In this document: positions 42,896 to 52,099 of the stretch, one piece after another
Position numbering within the stretch: the stretch's first letter is position 1
Layout of the letters: every line of letters begins with the position of its first letter
Source: an uncultured Gemmatimonadota bacterium
Lineage (GTDB): Bacteria > JAAXHH01
Direction: 5' to 3'
NCBI GenBank assembly: GCA_951812955.1
Contig: OX638340.1
Span: 1,952,001 to 2,016,000 of the forward strand
DNA: 64,000 nucleotides
Translations under genes and position numbers: made by a program
Notes under the pieces: generated by a model
Database searches by the model: none
Told to the model about the DNA's origin: nothing
The model's input: only the letters and a program-made list of their open reading frames with translations

Positions 42896-43789
42896 CTATA
42901 CTACGTCGAAATCCAGTGCCTCCAGGCCGGCTCGAAGCCGGTCTTCCCCTTCCCCGGTCAGCCGGGCAGTTGGCGGGCGCGGCGGCCCGACAGGTATTCC
43001 GCGCCATTCGAGCATCTTCTTGATTCCGGCCAGGACACCCACCGAGATCAGCAGCGCGATGACCCGGTTGGCCTGGACCTGCAATGCCATGGCCTCCTGG
43101 ATGCGTCCGTTTCGAAAAGCGTCATGCATACTCAGGAACATCCGGGGCATGATGTTGTACGTGGAACCGATGGCCCCGTCGCTGCCCATCACGAATCCCG
43201 CCACGCACATCTCGTCCGGCCCCGTGATGGCGTTCAGTCCACCGCCAGACAGGTCGACGAGTTGCTGGAAGACGAAGAAATTCGGGTCCGTGAACTTGAT
43301 GCCGGCGAAGTTGGGCACCGCGTCCATGGCCTCCAGGAACTGCGCGGGCGTTACCTGCCCGTCGACGTCGCGCGCGAGCCAGTAGACGTAGAATGGGACC
43401 GTGGACGCCGCACCGATGGCGGCGTAGTGCCGCACGGCCGCCGACAGGTCGTTAGGCTGATCCGCGGGTGCGACCGATGCGACCGCGTCCGCGCCCAGCG
43501 AGTCCGCTTCCGAGGCAAGGGTGACGGCGTCCTCCGTGGTCGTGCCCCCCACGTGAAATACCACCGGGACCTGGCCCGCGACGTCGCGGGCCACGATCTC
43601 GCACATGGTGCGCCGTTCCGGGACCGACATCTGTCGGCCCTCGCCCGTTCCGCCGGTGATGAAGAAACCATCGCTTCCGGCGTCCACCAGGTGGCGTACG
43701 AGGGGCGCCACCCGATCGGTCGAAAGGGCGAGCCCGTCATCGAAAGGGGTGCAGAGGGCCGGCCAGATGCCTTGGACCAGTTTGGACAT
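42896..43789 (-). CDS. DapA/NAL-family class I aldolase (dihydrodipicolinate synthase / 2-keto-3-deoxy-sugar-acid aldolase family)
   Basis: It has 'GIWPALCTPF', 'DGFFITGGTGEG', and a Schiff-base Lys context 'IKFTD'. Start was trimmed to 'MSKLVQG'. Confidence 0.65.
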   Translation of the reverse strand: MSKLVQGIWPALCTPFDDGLALSTDRVAPLVRHLVDAGSDGFFITGGTGEGRQMSVPERRTMCEIVARDVAGQVPVVFHVGGTTTEDAVTLASEADSLGADAVASVAPADQPNDLSAAVRHYAAIGAASTVPFYVYWLARDVDGQVTPAQFLEAMDAVPNFAGIKFTDPNFFVFQQLVDLSGGGLNAITGPDEMCVAGFVMGSDGAIGSTYNIMPRMFLSMHDAFRNGRIQEAMALQVQANRVIALLISVGVLAGIKKMLEWRGIPVGPPRPPTARLTGEGEDRLRAGLEALDFDVV

Positions 43790-44115
43790 AGCTGCATTCC
43801 GAGTGAAATAACGGGCGAAATGGAAAATACGAAGCATGCGGGTTCGAAGCTGGTTACTTCCTTGCTTCCACCCGTGTGTTCACGGAATTACGAATCTTCA
43901 GAATGCCGGAAAATAAAGTGATTCGGTATCAACGTCAAGGGTTCTCGAATGTGAACAACATCCGGGGATTCGACGGAGACACATCGATCTCGAACCTGTC
44001 CGGACTACGGTATTATTGGTCGTTAAGGAGAATCAGCGAAACCGCCTATGTGGGGCTGCAGGCGGGTAACGGATGGAGGCTGTTATTGGTCAAGCCGGTC
44101 CGGCAGCGGCGACGA

Positions 44116-45288
44116 TTACCACTCGCCGGACCGTTCATCGTGTGCGTGGTCTGGCAACAGGTACGTCAAGCCGGCTTCGTCGTACGCCGACGCTACGAGA
44201 AGCGTCGCAAAATCCGAAAGGGCCGCGGAGTCATTCCTTCGTAACTGCGATCTCAATTTCTGTATACGCTTGTCTATCCGGTACAGCAACAGCGGGAAGG
44301 GGAATCTGTTCGTGGGAAACCTGAGTTGGTCGGCGAGTTCGTTCCCTATGAGGCCGCGGGAAACAGGATATATGATTTTGTTTACCAGCTTTTTCCTTTC
44401 TTCCTTGTCCTCAATGCCAGCGACCAGCGGGGCTGAGTTGATCAGCGCATTTGCCATGATGATCGCCTCTGGCGTGGGAGGAGGCTCACTCAGAGAACCG
44501 ATCCGGTACATATGCAGGGCGTGGACTTCGTCGGTATAGAGGATGGTTTCGGGGATACCCATGAGGTAACCGGAGTAGCGCCATACGTCGTGGAAACCGG
44601 CTCGCTCCTCCTTGCTGTAACGAGCCCCCAGCGCCTGCGAGTGTTTGACGGTGCGCGCAGAGAAACAGGCGACGGCATAGCCCAGATGCGCGGCGCTTAG
44701 CGGCACCCCCCATGCGTCATGCTGCCATTCTTCAGTCTTTCCCAGCAGCAACCGAACCTGAGCGTGTATAATCCGGATACGGACAGATAGCTTCCACCCG
44801 TCGCCCTTGCGGTCCAGTCCACCAGGCCAGAATATCTCCATCTGATGACGGTTGTTTTGCTTCAGCCGCCGGACGCCATTGTCGAATATACGCCCGGTTT
44901 GCACGAAGGACTTGCTGATCAGCGTCGAAAAACCGTCTACCAGTACACCAGTGACGAAAGCCGAAAGGATGGCGACCGAGTTCTTTTGGAATGCGCGGAC
45001 GCCCGGTCCGAACGCGTCGCGATCGAGCCAGTCCGGATCGGGTTGCGGCGCGTCGGCAAAAAAATCGCGCAACGATTTCGGCGCGTCCCTCAACCCGTTT
45101 CGGTCTTCCTCCATTCCAGCGTGAATGAACTGGTGCACCTTCTGCTGAGGCAGCGACTCCAGATCTGCCACTATCGTGTCCATGACGGGGTCGCCGACCC
45201 AGGTGTGGGCAATGTAGTTGTCCGCAGCCGCCTGGTCGACCAATCGAGCCTTTTCGTAACCAGGTTTGTAATCAGATGGTATCTTCAT
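44116..45288 (-). CDS. DUF2236/MpaB-Lcp-like putative oxygenase
   Basis: The 390-aa soluble protein has a general fold-level resemblance to the ER-bound oxygenase MpaB / latex-clearing-protein family. Recognition is weak. Confidence 0.35.
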   Translation of the reverse strand: MKIPSDYKPGYEKARLVDQAAADNYIAHTWVGDPVMDTIVADLESLPQQKVHQFIHAGMEEDRNGLRDAPKSLRDFFADAPQPDPDWLDRDAFGPGVRAFQKNSVAILSAFVTGVLVDGFSTLISKSFVQTGRIFDNGVRRLKQNNRHQMEIFWPGGLDRKGDGWKLSVRIRIIHAQVRLLLGKTEEWQHDAWGVPLSAAHLGYAVACFSARTVKHSQALGARYSKEERAGFHDVWRYSGYLMGIPETILYTDEVHALHMYRIGSLSEPPPTPEAIIMANALINSAPLVAGIEDKEERKKLVNKIIYPVSRGLIGNELADQLRFPTNRFPFPLLLYRIDKRIQKLRSQLRRNDSAALSDFATLLVASAYDEAGLTYLLPDHAHDERSGEW

Positions 45289-45357
45289 AAGAAGGCAATC
45301 AATCAGGACAGGATGTTTCGTGCAGGTTATTGTTCCGAGATGGATTCCGGTCCACGC

Positions 45358-46644
45358 CTAGAAGTGGTAATCCAGGCTGAATTGAACGAAGCCGTCCCGG
45401 CGTAAGTCATAGTAGAGATCCGACGCATCGATATTTGTTATCGCGACCGACTCCAGGTTCACGGACCACGTGTCCGTCAGGCGGCGCGCCAATTCCAGTC
45501 CGTAAATGCGCTGACTTCGATCCAAATCATGCAGCACACTTGCCGTCACCTCCGTGCCCTGGACGTCGTTCAACATGAACCGCAGGGCGGCGAAGAGGTC
45601 GTTTTCGTAGAAATTGGTCGCTCGGCGGCCGCGCCCGTCACGGTCCCATTCGACGAATAAGGTAAGGTCGGAGTCCGAACCCAACAAGGAAAACAACGAG
45701 TATTCGCCGCCTACTACAAAGGCGTTGTAGTCCTCTTCCGTGCTCAGCAGGTTGCGTGCGCCGGTCCGTCGAATCGCCTCGAGCTTAAGGAGAAGGGAAC
45801 CGGTAGTCCACTGCGCGTCCACACCGAACTGGCGGATCCGTTCATACGTCGGATACAACGCAGGCGGACCAGGCGGACTCGACTGACCAGGCTGACCACC
45901 GCAATCCAGACAAAGACCCAGGGTCGGATCGCGGGCCGTGCCGTCGAAGACACTGACGCCGAAGTCCATCAGGCCAAGGGTATGACTGTATCGCGCGGCA
46001 AAATCCGGGTGCCATTTGCCGGACGATCCTTCGTATTCCACCCGCTCATCGTCGACGATGAGCGATGCGCGCAACCGTCCCTTGCTCCCCGGGAATGTGC
46101 GAGCCCGATGATAGGTCATTCCCAGCAATTCAAGCACGCCCCAGTTCGAAGACCAGGTTACGTAGGCCATCGGTTGCCCCATCCGGGTTTTTTCATCGGG
46201 ATGTTCGACCAGGTCGATCTGGTTGACGATATCCACCAGGTGGCGGGATTCCACGACACCCCAGAAAACGCGGTCTATTCCCAGCCGCAGTTCCCATTCC
46301 CCATTTCCGAGTGCACCGGTTAACAGGATGTAGGCCTCCCGCAGATCGAAATGGGTACGACGGGCATCGGCGCTGTCGTACCTGAAGAAGGGCGTAATGG
46401 AAAGTACCCGGCCCGCTTCGTCCTCGAGATAAAGGTTGGGAATCGCAACGAAACCGCTCGCGTTGGAACCCTGGTCCGGGAAGAGGGCTGGCTGGGGAAA
46501 CCACCTGCTCTCCGCGCTCAGCCGGCCCGTAAAATCGATTTCGGCGATTGCGGCCTGGGCACGAGAGGAAACCGTGTATACCGAAACTCCGATCAAACAG
46601 ACACCGAAACACAGCAGGCGAACCGTGATCCGTGACGGCATCAC
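45358..46644 (-). CDS. Outer-membrane beta-barrel protein (DUF1302-like) with signal peptide
   Basis: The cleavable signal is 'LLCFGVCLIGVSVYTVSSRAQA'. Alternating amphipathic strands run throughout, and the C-terminus ends in aromatic 'LDYHF', an OMP beta-signal. Confidence 0.6.
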   Translation of the reverse strand: MMPSRITVRLLCFGVCLIGVSVYTVSSRAQAAIAEIDFTGRLSAESRWFPQPALFPDQGSNASGFVAIPNLYLEDEAGRVLSITPFFRYDSADARRTHFDLREAYILLTGALGNGEWELRLGIDRVFWGVVESRHLVDIVNQIDLVEHPDEKTRMGQPMAYVTWSSNWGVLELLGMTYHRARTFPGSKGRLRASLIVDDERVEYEGSSGKWHPDFAARYSHTLGLMDFGVSVFDGTARDPTLGLCLDCGGQPGQSSPPGPPALYPTYERIRQFGVDAQWTTGSLLLKLEAIRRTGARNLLSTEEDYNAFVVGGEYSLFSLLGSDSDLTLFVEWDRDGRGRRATNFYENDLFAALRFMLNDVQGTEVTASVLHDLDRSQRIYGLELARRLTDTWSVNLESVAITNIDASDLYYDLRRDGFVQFSLDYHF

Positions 46645-47477
46645 CGCACCCGCCTCAGGCCGGTCCGGGTAAAGTCTCGTTCATCGATGTCGGTCCGGAA
46701 CTGGTAATCCGTCCATACCAGGTCGGTACTCTTCCCCGTCAGGTGGTTTACCATGACCATCTTTCCGGCTCGCCAGTAGCTTTCCAGGTATTGTTGGTAT
46801 TCGCCCAATGTAAGCGTCTTGAGATGGGCGTCTTTGCGGTCGAAGTACTCCACCTTCCAAACCCGAAGCTCAGCCTTGTCGCGCCAGACCACCTGGCGGC
46901 GGTAGACCGATCCTTTTTCCACCGGCACGCGTTCGGTTACCACGCAGTCCAGACCGTCGCCGCAGGGTTCGTCACGCAGATACCTGTAGGTGAACTTTTC
47001 CACTTCCTGGACAGTCATGTCCTCGTAGGTAAACTCGCTTCCCATGAAGGATCCCGATCGGTTGGACGAACTGATGCGCTTGACGCGCTTCAAGGCCGGC
47101 AGGTAGAGCCATTGATCGTCCGACCGGTCCTTGTGGCCGTGTATGAGTAGCGCGGTGCCCCTGGCGTCACGCGGCTGGTCGAAGACGAAGAGACTCATGT
47201 TGCCGTCGTTTTCCGCCTCGAGCACTTTTACGCGCACTTCGCGGAGGCTTTCCTGGCCTTTCTTGTTGCGCAGAACCATGCTCATGCCGGCCGCGAAATT
47301 CCCGAAACCTTCGTCCTGCTTCCGGGCGTCGCGGGCAATCTGCAGCCCCTTTTCTTCCTCCTGGTCGGCGGCCGATGCCTCCAGTAGCGGCATGCCTGGT
47401 AATACGAACATCGCCAGGAGGGTGAATCGGGCGGCGCGCAGTCCGCGCACCGGCCGCAATAGTCTATCAAATATCAT
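46641..47477 (-). CDS. LolA-like 'outer membrane lipoprotein-sorting' family protein (DUF1329/LolA_like)
   Basis: A signal peptide 'FTLLAMFVLPGMPLLEASA' precedes a ~250-aa soluble domain. The ATG overlaps the stop of the upstream RND gene (ATGA). The ORF track extends further upstream to 47645, into the RND gene. Confidence 0.5.
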   Translation of the reverse strand: MIFDRLLRPVRGLRAARFTLLAMFVLPGMPLLEASAADQEEEKGLQIARDARKQDEGFGNFAAGMSMVLRNKKGQESLREVRVKVLEAENDGNMSLFVFDQPRDARGTALLIHGHKDRSDDQWLYLPALKRVKRISSSNRSGSFMGSEFTYEDMTVQEVEKFTYRYLRDEPCGDGLDCVVTERVPVEKGSVYRRQVVWRDKAELRVWKVEYFDRKDAHLKTLTLGEYQQYLESYWRAGKMVMVNHLTGKSTDLVWTDYQFRTDIDERDFTRTGLRRVR

Positions 47478-49759
47478 GGTTTTCTCCTGTCGAGCGCCAT
47501 AAGCAGCGGAGGAAGAAGCAGAAAATCGGCTATGATCGCAAATGCGATGGTAATGGTCACCAGCAGTCCGAGGGCCCATGACACCTGGAATCCCGACCCC
47601 GCGAAGGCCAGGAAGCCCGCGGAAAGGACCAGTGTCGTGGTCCACAGCGCCTTCCCCACGGATCGGAAGGTAACACGCACCGCTTCTTCCGCCGACAGAC
47701 CTTCCTCTTTGCGCGCCTTGAGGTACCTGCTGAGAAAGTGGATCGTATCGTCCACGACGATGCCGAATGCGACGACGATGACCACCGATGAGGCGATGCC
47801 CACTTCGCCGACCAGGTGTCCCCAGAGCCCAAAGCTCATGGCTGCCGGTACGAAATTGGGCAGCAGACTGATGAGACCGAACCGGATACTCTTGAAGACC
47901 ACGACCAGGATGATCGATATGAACGCCATGGCGACCACCGTTCCGCGCAGCATCGATTCGATATTGCGCTGGGAGATATGGGCGAACACCACATTGAGTC
48001 CGGTGGCTTCGGTGGCAAGGGCCGGGGCGTTTTCGCGGAGCCAGGCCTCCCCCCGACTGGCCAGGTCCTGCAGATCCTGACTCGACCGGCCGCGAATCAC
48101 GACCGTCATGCGCGTTGCGGACCTGGAAACATCGATCCGGTCGTTCAGGTCGCTGCCGAAGGGCAGAGACAATTCGTAGAGCAGCAGGTACTGCGAGGCA
48201 AGATCCTGTGCTTCGGGAATACGGAAGAAGGCCGGATCGTCTCCGTGCATGTTCTTGTTCAACCGTTTCATGATGTCCGAGAAGGCCTGCACGTGGCCCA
48301 CTTCAGGCTGACCCCGGTTCCATTCCGCGAAAGCCTCCACCTGACGGAGGTAATCAGGATCGGTGATCCCGCCTTCTTCCTCCGCGGCCAACGTATACTC
48401 GAAGGACAGCAATCCGGTCAGGTTTTCCATGACGAAATCCGTATCCCGCCGGAACTCGTAGCGTTCATCGAAGTAGTCCGGCCAACTGTCGGTCAGGTGG
48501 TTCCTGGGCACGCCGGTGATCAGGACGACTGTCAACAGCCCTACGGACCAAAGCAGCGGTTTTCGCCGAGAAACGACGAAATCACCCAGGCGATCGAAGA
48601 AGACAGGTTGCCGGGAACCAGCGGCACGGGCCCGCAGCGGAAGGACCGAAAGCAGCGCAGGAAGGAGCGTCATGGCGTAGACGTAGGTGATCATCACCCC
48701 GAAGGCCACGAAATTGCCGAGAATGTGAAACGGTGGCGAATCAGAGAAGTTCAGGCTGAGAAAACCGATCGCGGTGGTGATCGAGGCCAGGAACACCGGG
48801 TAGGCATTTGTTCTAATGGATTTCGCGACCGCCTCGTTCCGTTCCGCTCCGTCTCTAATCCCCGTCAGTGTATGCGTGATGATGTGTACCGCCTGGGCGA
48901 CGGAAATCGCCATGACAATAATGGGCACCCCTGAATTTACCGGACTGAAAACCGTATGGAACCAACCGGCGAACCCCATGGTCGTCGAGATCACGAAGCC
49001 TATCATGACGATGATGATGCCTGTTCCCAGAAAGGATCTCAGGAGTAAGGTCGAGGTGATCAGGATGAGGACGAAAACGATGGGCAGCAGGGTTTCAAGG
49101 TCGTCTTGGGTGGCATCGGCGAAGGCCCGGTTCATGACCACGTCGCCCGTCAGGTAGAAATCAACGTCGGGAGCGTCCACCCGTGCATCCTCCAGCATGA
49201 TGTCCAGGTAATCGGTGAGCTCCTTGACCGCCAGGTCCGGATCATCGCCCATTACGAAGTTGATCGCCAGTCCGGCCACCCGTCCGTCAGGAGAAACGAG
49301 TCGCCCCACCACTTCCTGGGAACCCAGCGCGATCGACTCGATTCGAACCAGGTCGGTATCGCTCAGCGACGCGGCGTCTTCAACAAGCGGTCCGACGATG
49401 AGATCATCTTCCATCGCCTCGCTGTGGAAGTAATTCGTGAGGGAATTTACCCGGGTGGAATATGGAGCGAGCCAGGCGGCTTCGGTAAGCGCTTCGACGA
49501 CACCCAGCGCATCGCGGGTGAAGACGGAACCGGTCCGGGGCGCGATGGCGACCAGGGCGGTATTGGAGGCAGCGTAGGTGTCCTCCAGCGCGTCGAAGGC
49601 GGCGAGTTGCGGATTGTCCTCGCCGAACATGACGCGATGTTCGTTGGAGACGGTTATGAAACGGCTACCGGCCGCCATGGCGAGCATGAATGCCAGCGAG
49701 AATACAATCACCAACCATCGGTGACGGAGTACCACGACGGTGTAACGGTCGAGATTCAA
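47474..49759 (-). CDS. RND-superfamily exporter (COG1033/MMPL-type, two 6-TM halves each with a periplasmic loop)
   Basis: A 761-aa protein with TM1 followed by a large loop, then a TM2-6 cluster, repeated twice. It has the conserved 'GIVVDD(T/A)IH' type motif ('GIVVDDTIHFLSRY'). Confidence 0.75.
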   Translation of the reverse strand: MNLDRYTVVVLRHRWLVIVFSLAFMLAMAAGSRFITVSNEHRVMFGEDNPQLAAFDALEDTYAASNTALVAIAPRTGSVFTRDALGVVEALTEAAWLAPYSTRVNSLTNYFHSEAMEDDLIVGPLVEDAASLSDTDLVRIESIALGSQEVVGRLVSPDGRVAGLAINFVMGDDPDLAVKELTDYLDIMLEDARVDAPDVDFYLTGDVVMNRAFADATQDDLETLLPIVFVLILITSTLLLRSFLGTGIIIVMIGFVISTTMGFAGWFHTVFSPVNSGVPIIVMAISVAQAVHIITHTLTGIRDGAERNEAVAKSIRTNAYPVFLASITTAIGFLSLNFSDSPPFHILGNFVAFGVMITYVYAMTLLPALLSVLPLRARAAGSRQPVFFDRLGDFVVSRRKPLLWSVGLLTVVLITGVPRNHLTDSWPDYFDERYEFRRDTDFVMENLTGLLSFEYTLAAEEEGGITDPDYLRQVEAFAEWNRGQPEVGHVQAFSDIMKRLNKNMHGDDPAFFRIPEAQDLASQYLLLYELSLPFGSDLNDRIDVSRSATRMTVVIRGRSSQDLQDLASRGEAWLRENAPALATEATGLNVVFAHISQRNIESMLRGTVVAMAFISIILVVVFKSIRFGLISLLPNFVPAAMSFGLWGHLVGEVGIASSVVIVVAFGIVVDDTIHFLSRYLKARKEEGLSAEEAVRVTFRSVGKALWTTTLVLSAGFLAFAGSGFQVSWALGLLVTITIAFAIIADFLLLPPLLMALDRRKP

Positions 49760-50472
49760 AAATGCGGCCCCTCTGTTTTATTCGTCCTTCGCAATGGTAA
49801 TTTAGTTCATACTAACGTAATATACACCACTGTATTGTCAAGATTTCAGATTTAAATCGAGTTTATTCCTAAATTCCCGACTAATACATTATGGCGTTTG
49901 TATCGCCTTTATTTTCGCCAATCACTGCACACGTGTACATTCAGAATTTAACTGGAAGCGCATCTCGGGTCAATATTAACCAGCTATACGGCTGATCTGA
50001 ATGTACGACTGATCGGTGCGAACGGTGTGGTGGGCTTTCACCATGCACAATACTGGTCCAGGTTGCACCGTAATTAAACTAGTAACCGGTCTGCCCCGAC
50101 GAGGCGCCACGGGGCCGTTACCGGTTTGCACTGCGAAGATAAAGCAGCACCGGAGTTCCGGTCTGCTCTTCGATGCATTTAGGCGTGTACCATCTACCGC
50201 CTCAAAAAGTACAGATTGAACGCTGTTGTGTCCGCGTCGGCCGTGAATGGAACAGGGTTCGATCCCAATATCCCGTCAAGTCGAGTCAACCATCGGCCAT
50301 TGTATCCTTGAGCTGGCGGAGCGGCAACCAGGTTGTCCATTCGCAGGCTCAGGATAGCGGAGTTCTCTTCCCCGGAGATCCCGGGAATACATCCGTGATG
50401 GATACATCAGACGCGCCTGATCGGCCCTGTGCGTTCAGGCGCCTTCAGTGGAAAGGCAGCTACTTTGAAACC

Positions 50473-51180
50473 ATGAACACGCAATCAAAAAGCCCAGGAG
50501 ACGTCAATCTGATACACGCCTGCCTTGAGGGTCGATCAGATGCGCAGAGTCAACTCTACAATCTTTACTTCACACAGGACAAGCCTGTTCACTTCTGGGT
50601 ATACCAGAAAGCATACTGGATTCCAGCAGGTGAAAAGGAGGATATCCTGAATGATATCTACATCGCGGTCATTCAAAGCCTGCCCCAGTTCGAATTTCGC
50701 AGTGCATTGGGCACCTATATTACCCGCATTGCAAAGATCAAGTGCCTGGACGCAATGCCTTCTCGGCTAGGCGTCGCCCGGGGGAAGGGGATCAAGTTCG
50801 TCGATATCGACTGGTTCGCATCGAACAACGAGTCAGGGTTTCAGATCGAAGACACGGATCCCAACAACAGACCGGACCGGTATTTGAGACAAAGGGAAGA
50901 AGAAGAACTGGTTTTCCTGTTGCATACGGCCCTGAAGTACTTTACGGGACAGCGATGCAGGAATGTCCTCTACATGTACGTCAAAGAACTCAGAGGCGAA
51001 ATGAGCAGGGAGGACATTGCGGAATCGCTCGGAGTACCGGTTAAACGCATGGGACAGATGATCTACGACTGCATGTATCGGCTTCGCCGTAAGGTACAAA
51101 GTAGATTTCGAGATTACGAACATTTTGCCAATTGCGTATGTGAAGGTATTCAACGTCCCAAACCCAATAACAAGGAGTAG
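50473..51180 (+). CDS. ECF-type sigma-70 family RNA polymerase sigma factor (low-GC gene)
   Basis: Region 2 is 'ILNDIYIAVIQSLPQFEF'. The region 4 HTH is 'MSREDIAESLGVPVKRMGQMIYDCMYRLRRK'. Start was set at the internal Met. The surrounding DNA is ~50% GC. Confidence 0.65.
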   Translation: MNTQSKSPGDVNLIHACLEGRSDAQSQLYNLYFTQDKPVHFWVYQKAYWIPAGEKEDILNDIYIAVIQSLPQFEFRSALGTYITRIAKIKCLDAMPSRLGVARGKGIKFVDIDWFASNNESGFQIEDTDPNNRPDRYLRQREEEELVFLLHTALKYFTGQRCRNVLYMYVKELRGEMSREDIAESLGVPVKRMGQMIYDCMYRLRRKVQSRFRDYEHFANCVCEGIQRPKPNNKE

Positions 51181-51182
51181 CC

Positions 51183-51869
51183 ATGCATCAGCGAGTTGCG
51201 GGGCGCGGCAACTTCGACAGTTTGCCGGATCGTACTCAGATCGCTGACCTCCTGCGAAAATACTGTGAGCTGCTGGTTTCTTCATGTCCTACCTCGGAAA
51301 CACTGTTGGTATTTCATGAAGATCCGAATCAGCTTCCCACATGCGAGAGAAAGACCCTGGGAGGGCACCTTGGAATCTGTCTCGACTGCAGGGACAAACT
51401 TCGATGGCTGGAGGAATCTGAAGCTTCGTCCTATACCGATTCCATCGCACGTGTAATCTGGTATATGCTCAATGTACACCATCCATCCGAGGTGGCAGCC
51501 TCAAAGTACTTCTCATCCGCCAGGAGTGCAGGCAATCCCGACTCGCTTTCCACACAGAATTTGCAACCGGATGCTGCAAAAACGGCCACAACCCGCAAGA
51601 CTTCGGCGCCTTTTTTCGCCAGCGGGGATGGAGCGTTGTGTGGGGAAATCCATCAGGACAGGAATCAACGGGTGTATTTAAGGATTTTTCGGCTGCCCAG
51701 GTCGTTTCAGTGGCATGCCCTGCATATTCGAGCAATAACGTTTGACCGTCGCGTACTGGTGAGCAGGTCCAGGACCATATCGGGACCGAAATTCCCGATC
51801 GATCATCCTCCTCGCATTACGCCCGGTGACATGGACAAGGTCGAACTCGGTCTGATCCCGCTGCGTTGA
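51183..51869 (+). CDS. Putative soluble zinc-binding anti-sigma factor
   Basis: It starts 2 nt after the sigma stop. The N-terminus 'CPTSE...H...CERK...HLGICLDC' gives a C/H/C/H/C/C cluster resembling ZAS/ChrR-type anti-sigma domains. No TM segment is visible. Confidence 0.4.
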   Translation: MHQRVAGRGNFDSLPDRTQIADLLRKYCELLVSSCPTSETLLVFHEDPNQLPTCERKTLGGHLGICLDCRDKLRWLEESEASSYTDSIARVIWYMLNVHHPSEVAASKYFSSARSAGNPDSLSTQNLQPDAAKTATTRKTSAPFFASGDGALCGEIHQDRNQRVYLRIFRLPRSFQWHALHIRAITFDRRVLVSRSRTISGPKFPIDHPPRITPGDMDKVELGLIPLR

Positions 51870-51879
51870 GCGGGATCAG
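51852..51879 (+). terminator. Perfect 11-bp inverted repeat hairpin (CTGATCCCGCT-GCGTTG-AGCGGGATCAG) spanning the anti-sigma stop codon
   Basis: Read from the sequence. There is no U-tract, so an intrinsic terminator is uncertain. A second hairpin lies at 51991-52015 (ATGCGCGAAGC-AGG-GCTTCGCGCAT). Confidence 0.3.
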
Positions 51880-52099
51880 CGCCGTTCCGGTGTATTCGAC
51901 CGGATTCCACTGGTTGTTTGCGGTACGTAACCCAGGCAATAAGATGTTGACAATCGACTGGGGGCGAGTACGTTACGAAGTATCTGAATGATGCGCGAAG
52001 CAGGCTTCGCGCATATACGGAATTGGAGGAATACCGGTACCTTCAAACCGGCCGGGTCGATGATCCCGCCATGGTACCGTCCATGAAGGAACCAACTGC

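Noticed and set aside
50236-50275. tRNA-like 'GGGTTCGATCCC' T-arm-resembling segment in the AT-rich spacer upstream of the ECF sigma gene (possible att-site tRNA fragment)
   Set aside because: The flanking bases do not form a T-stem or acceptor stem, and nothing else of a cloverleaf can be built. It is probably a chance match.
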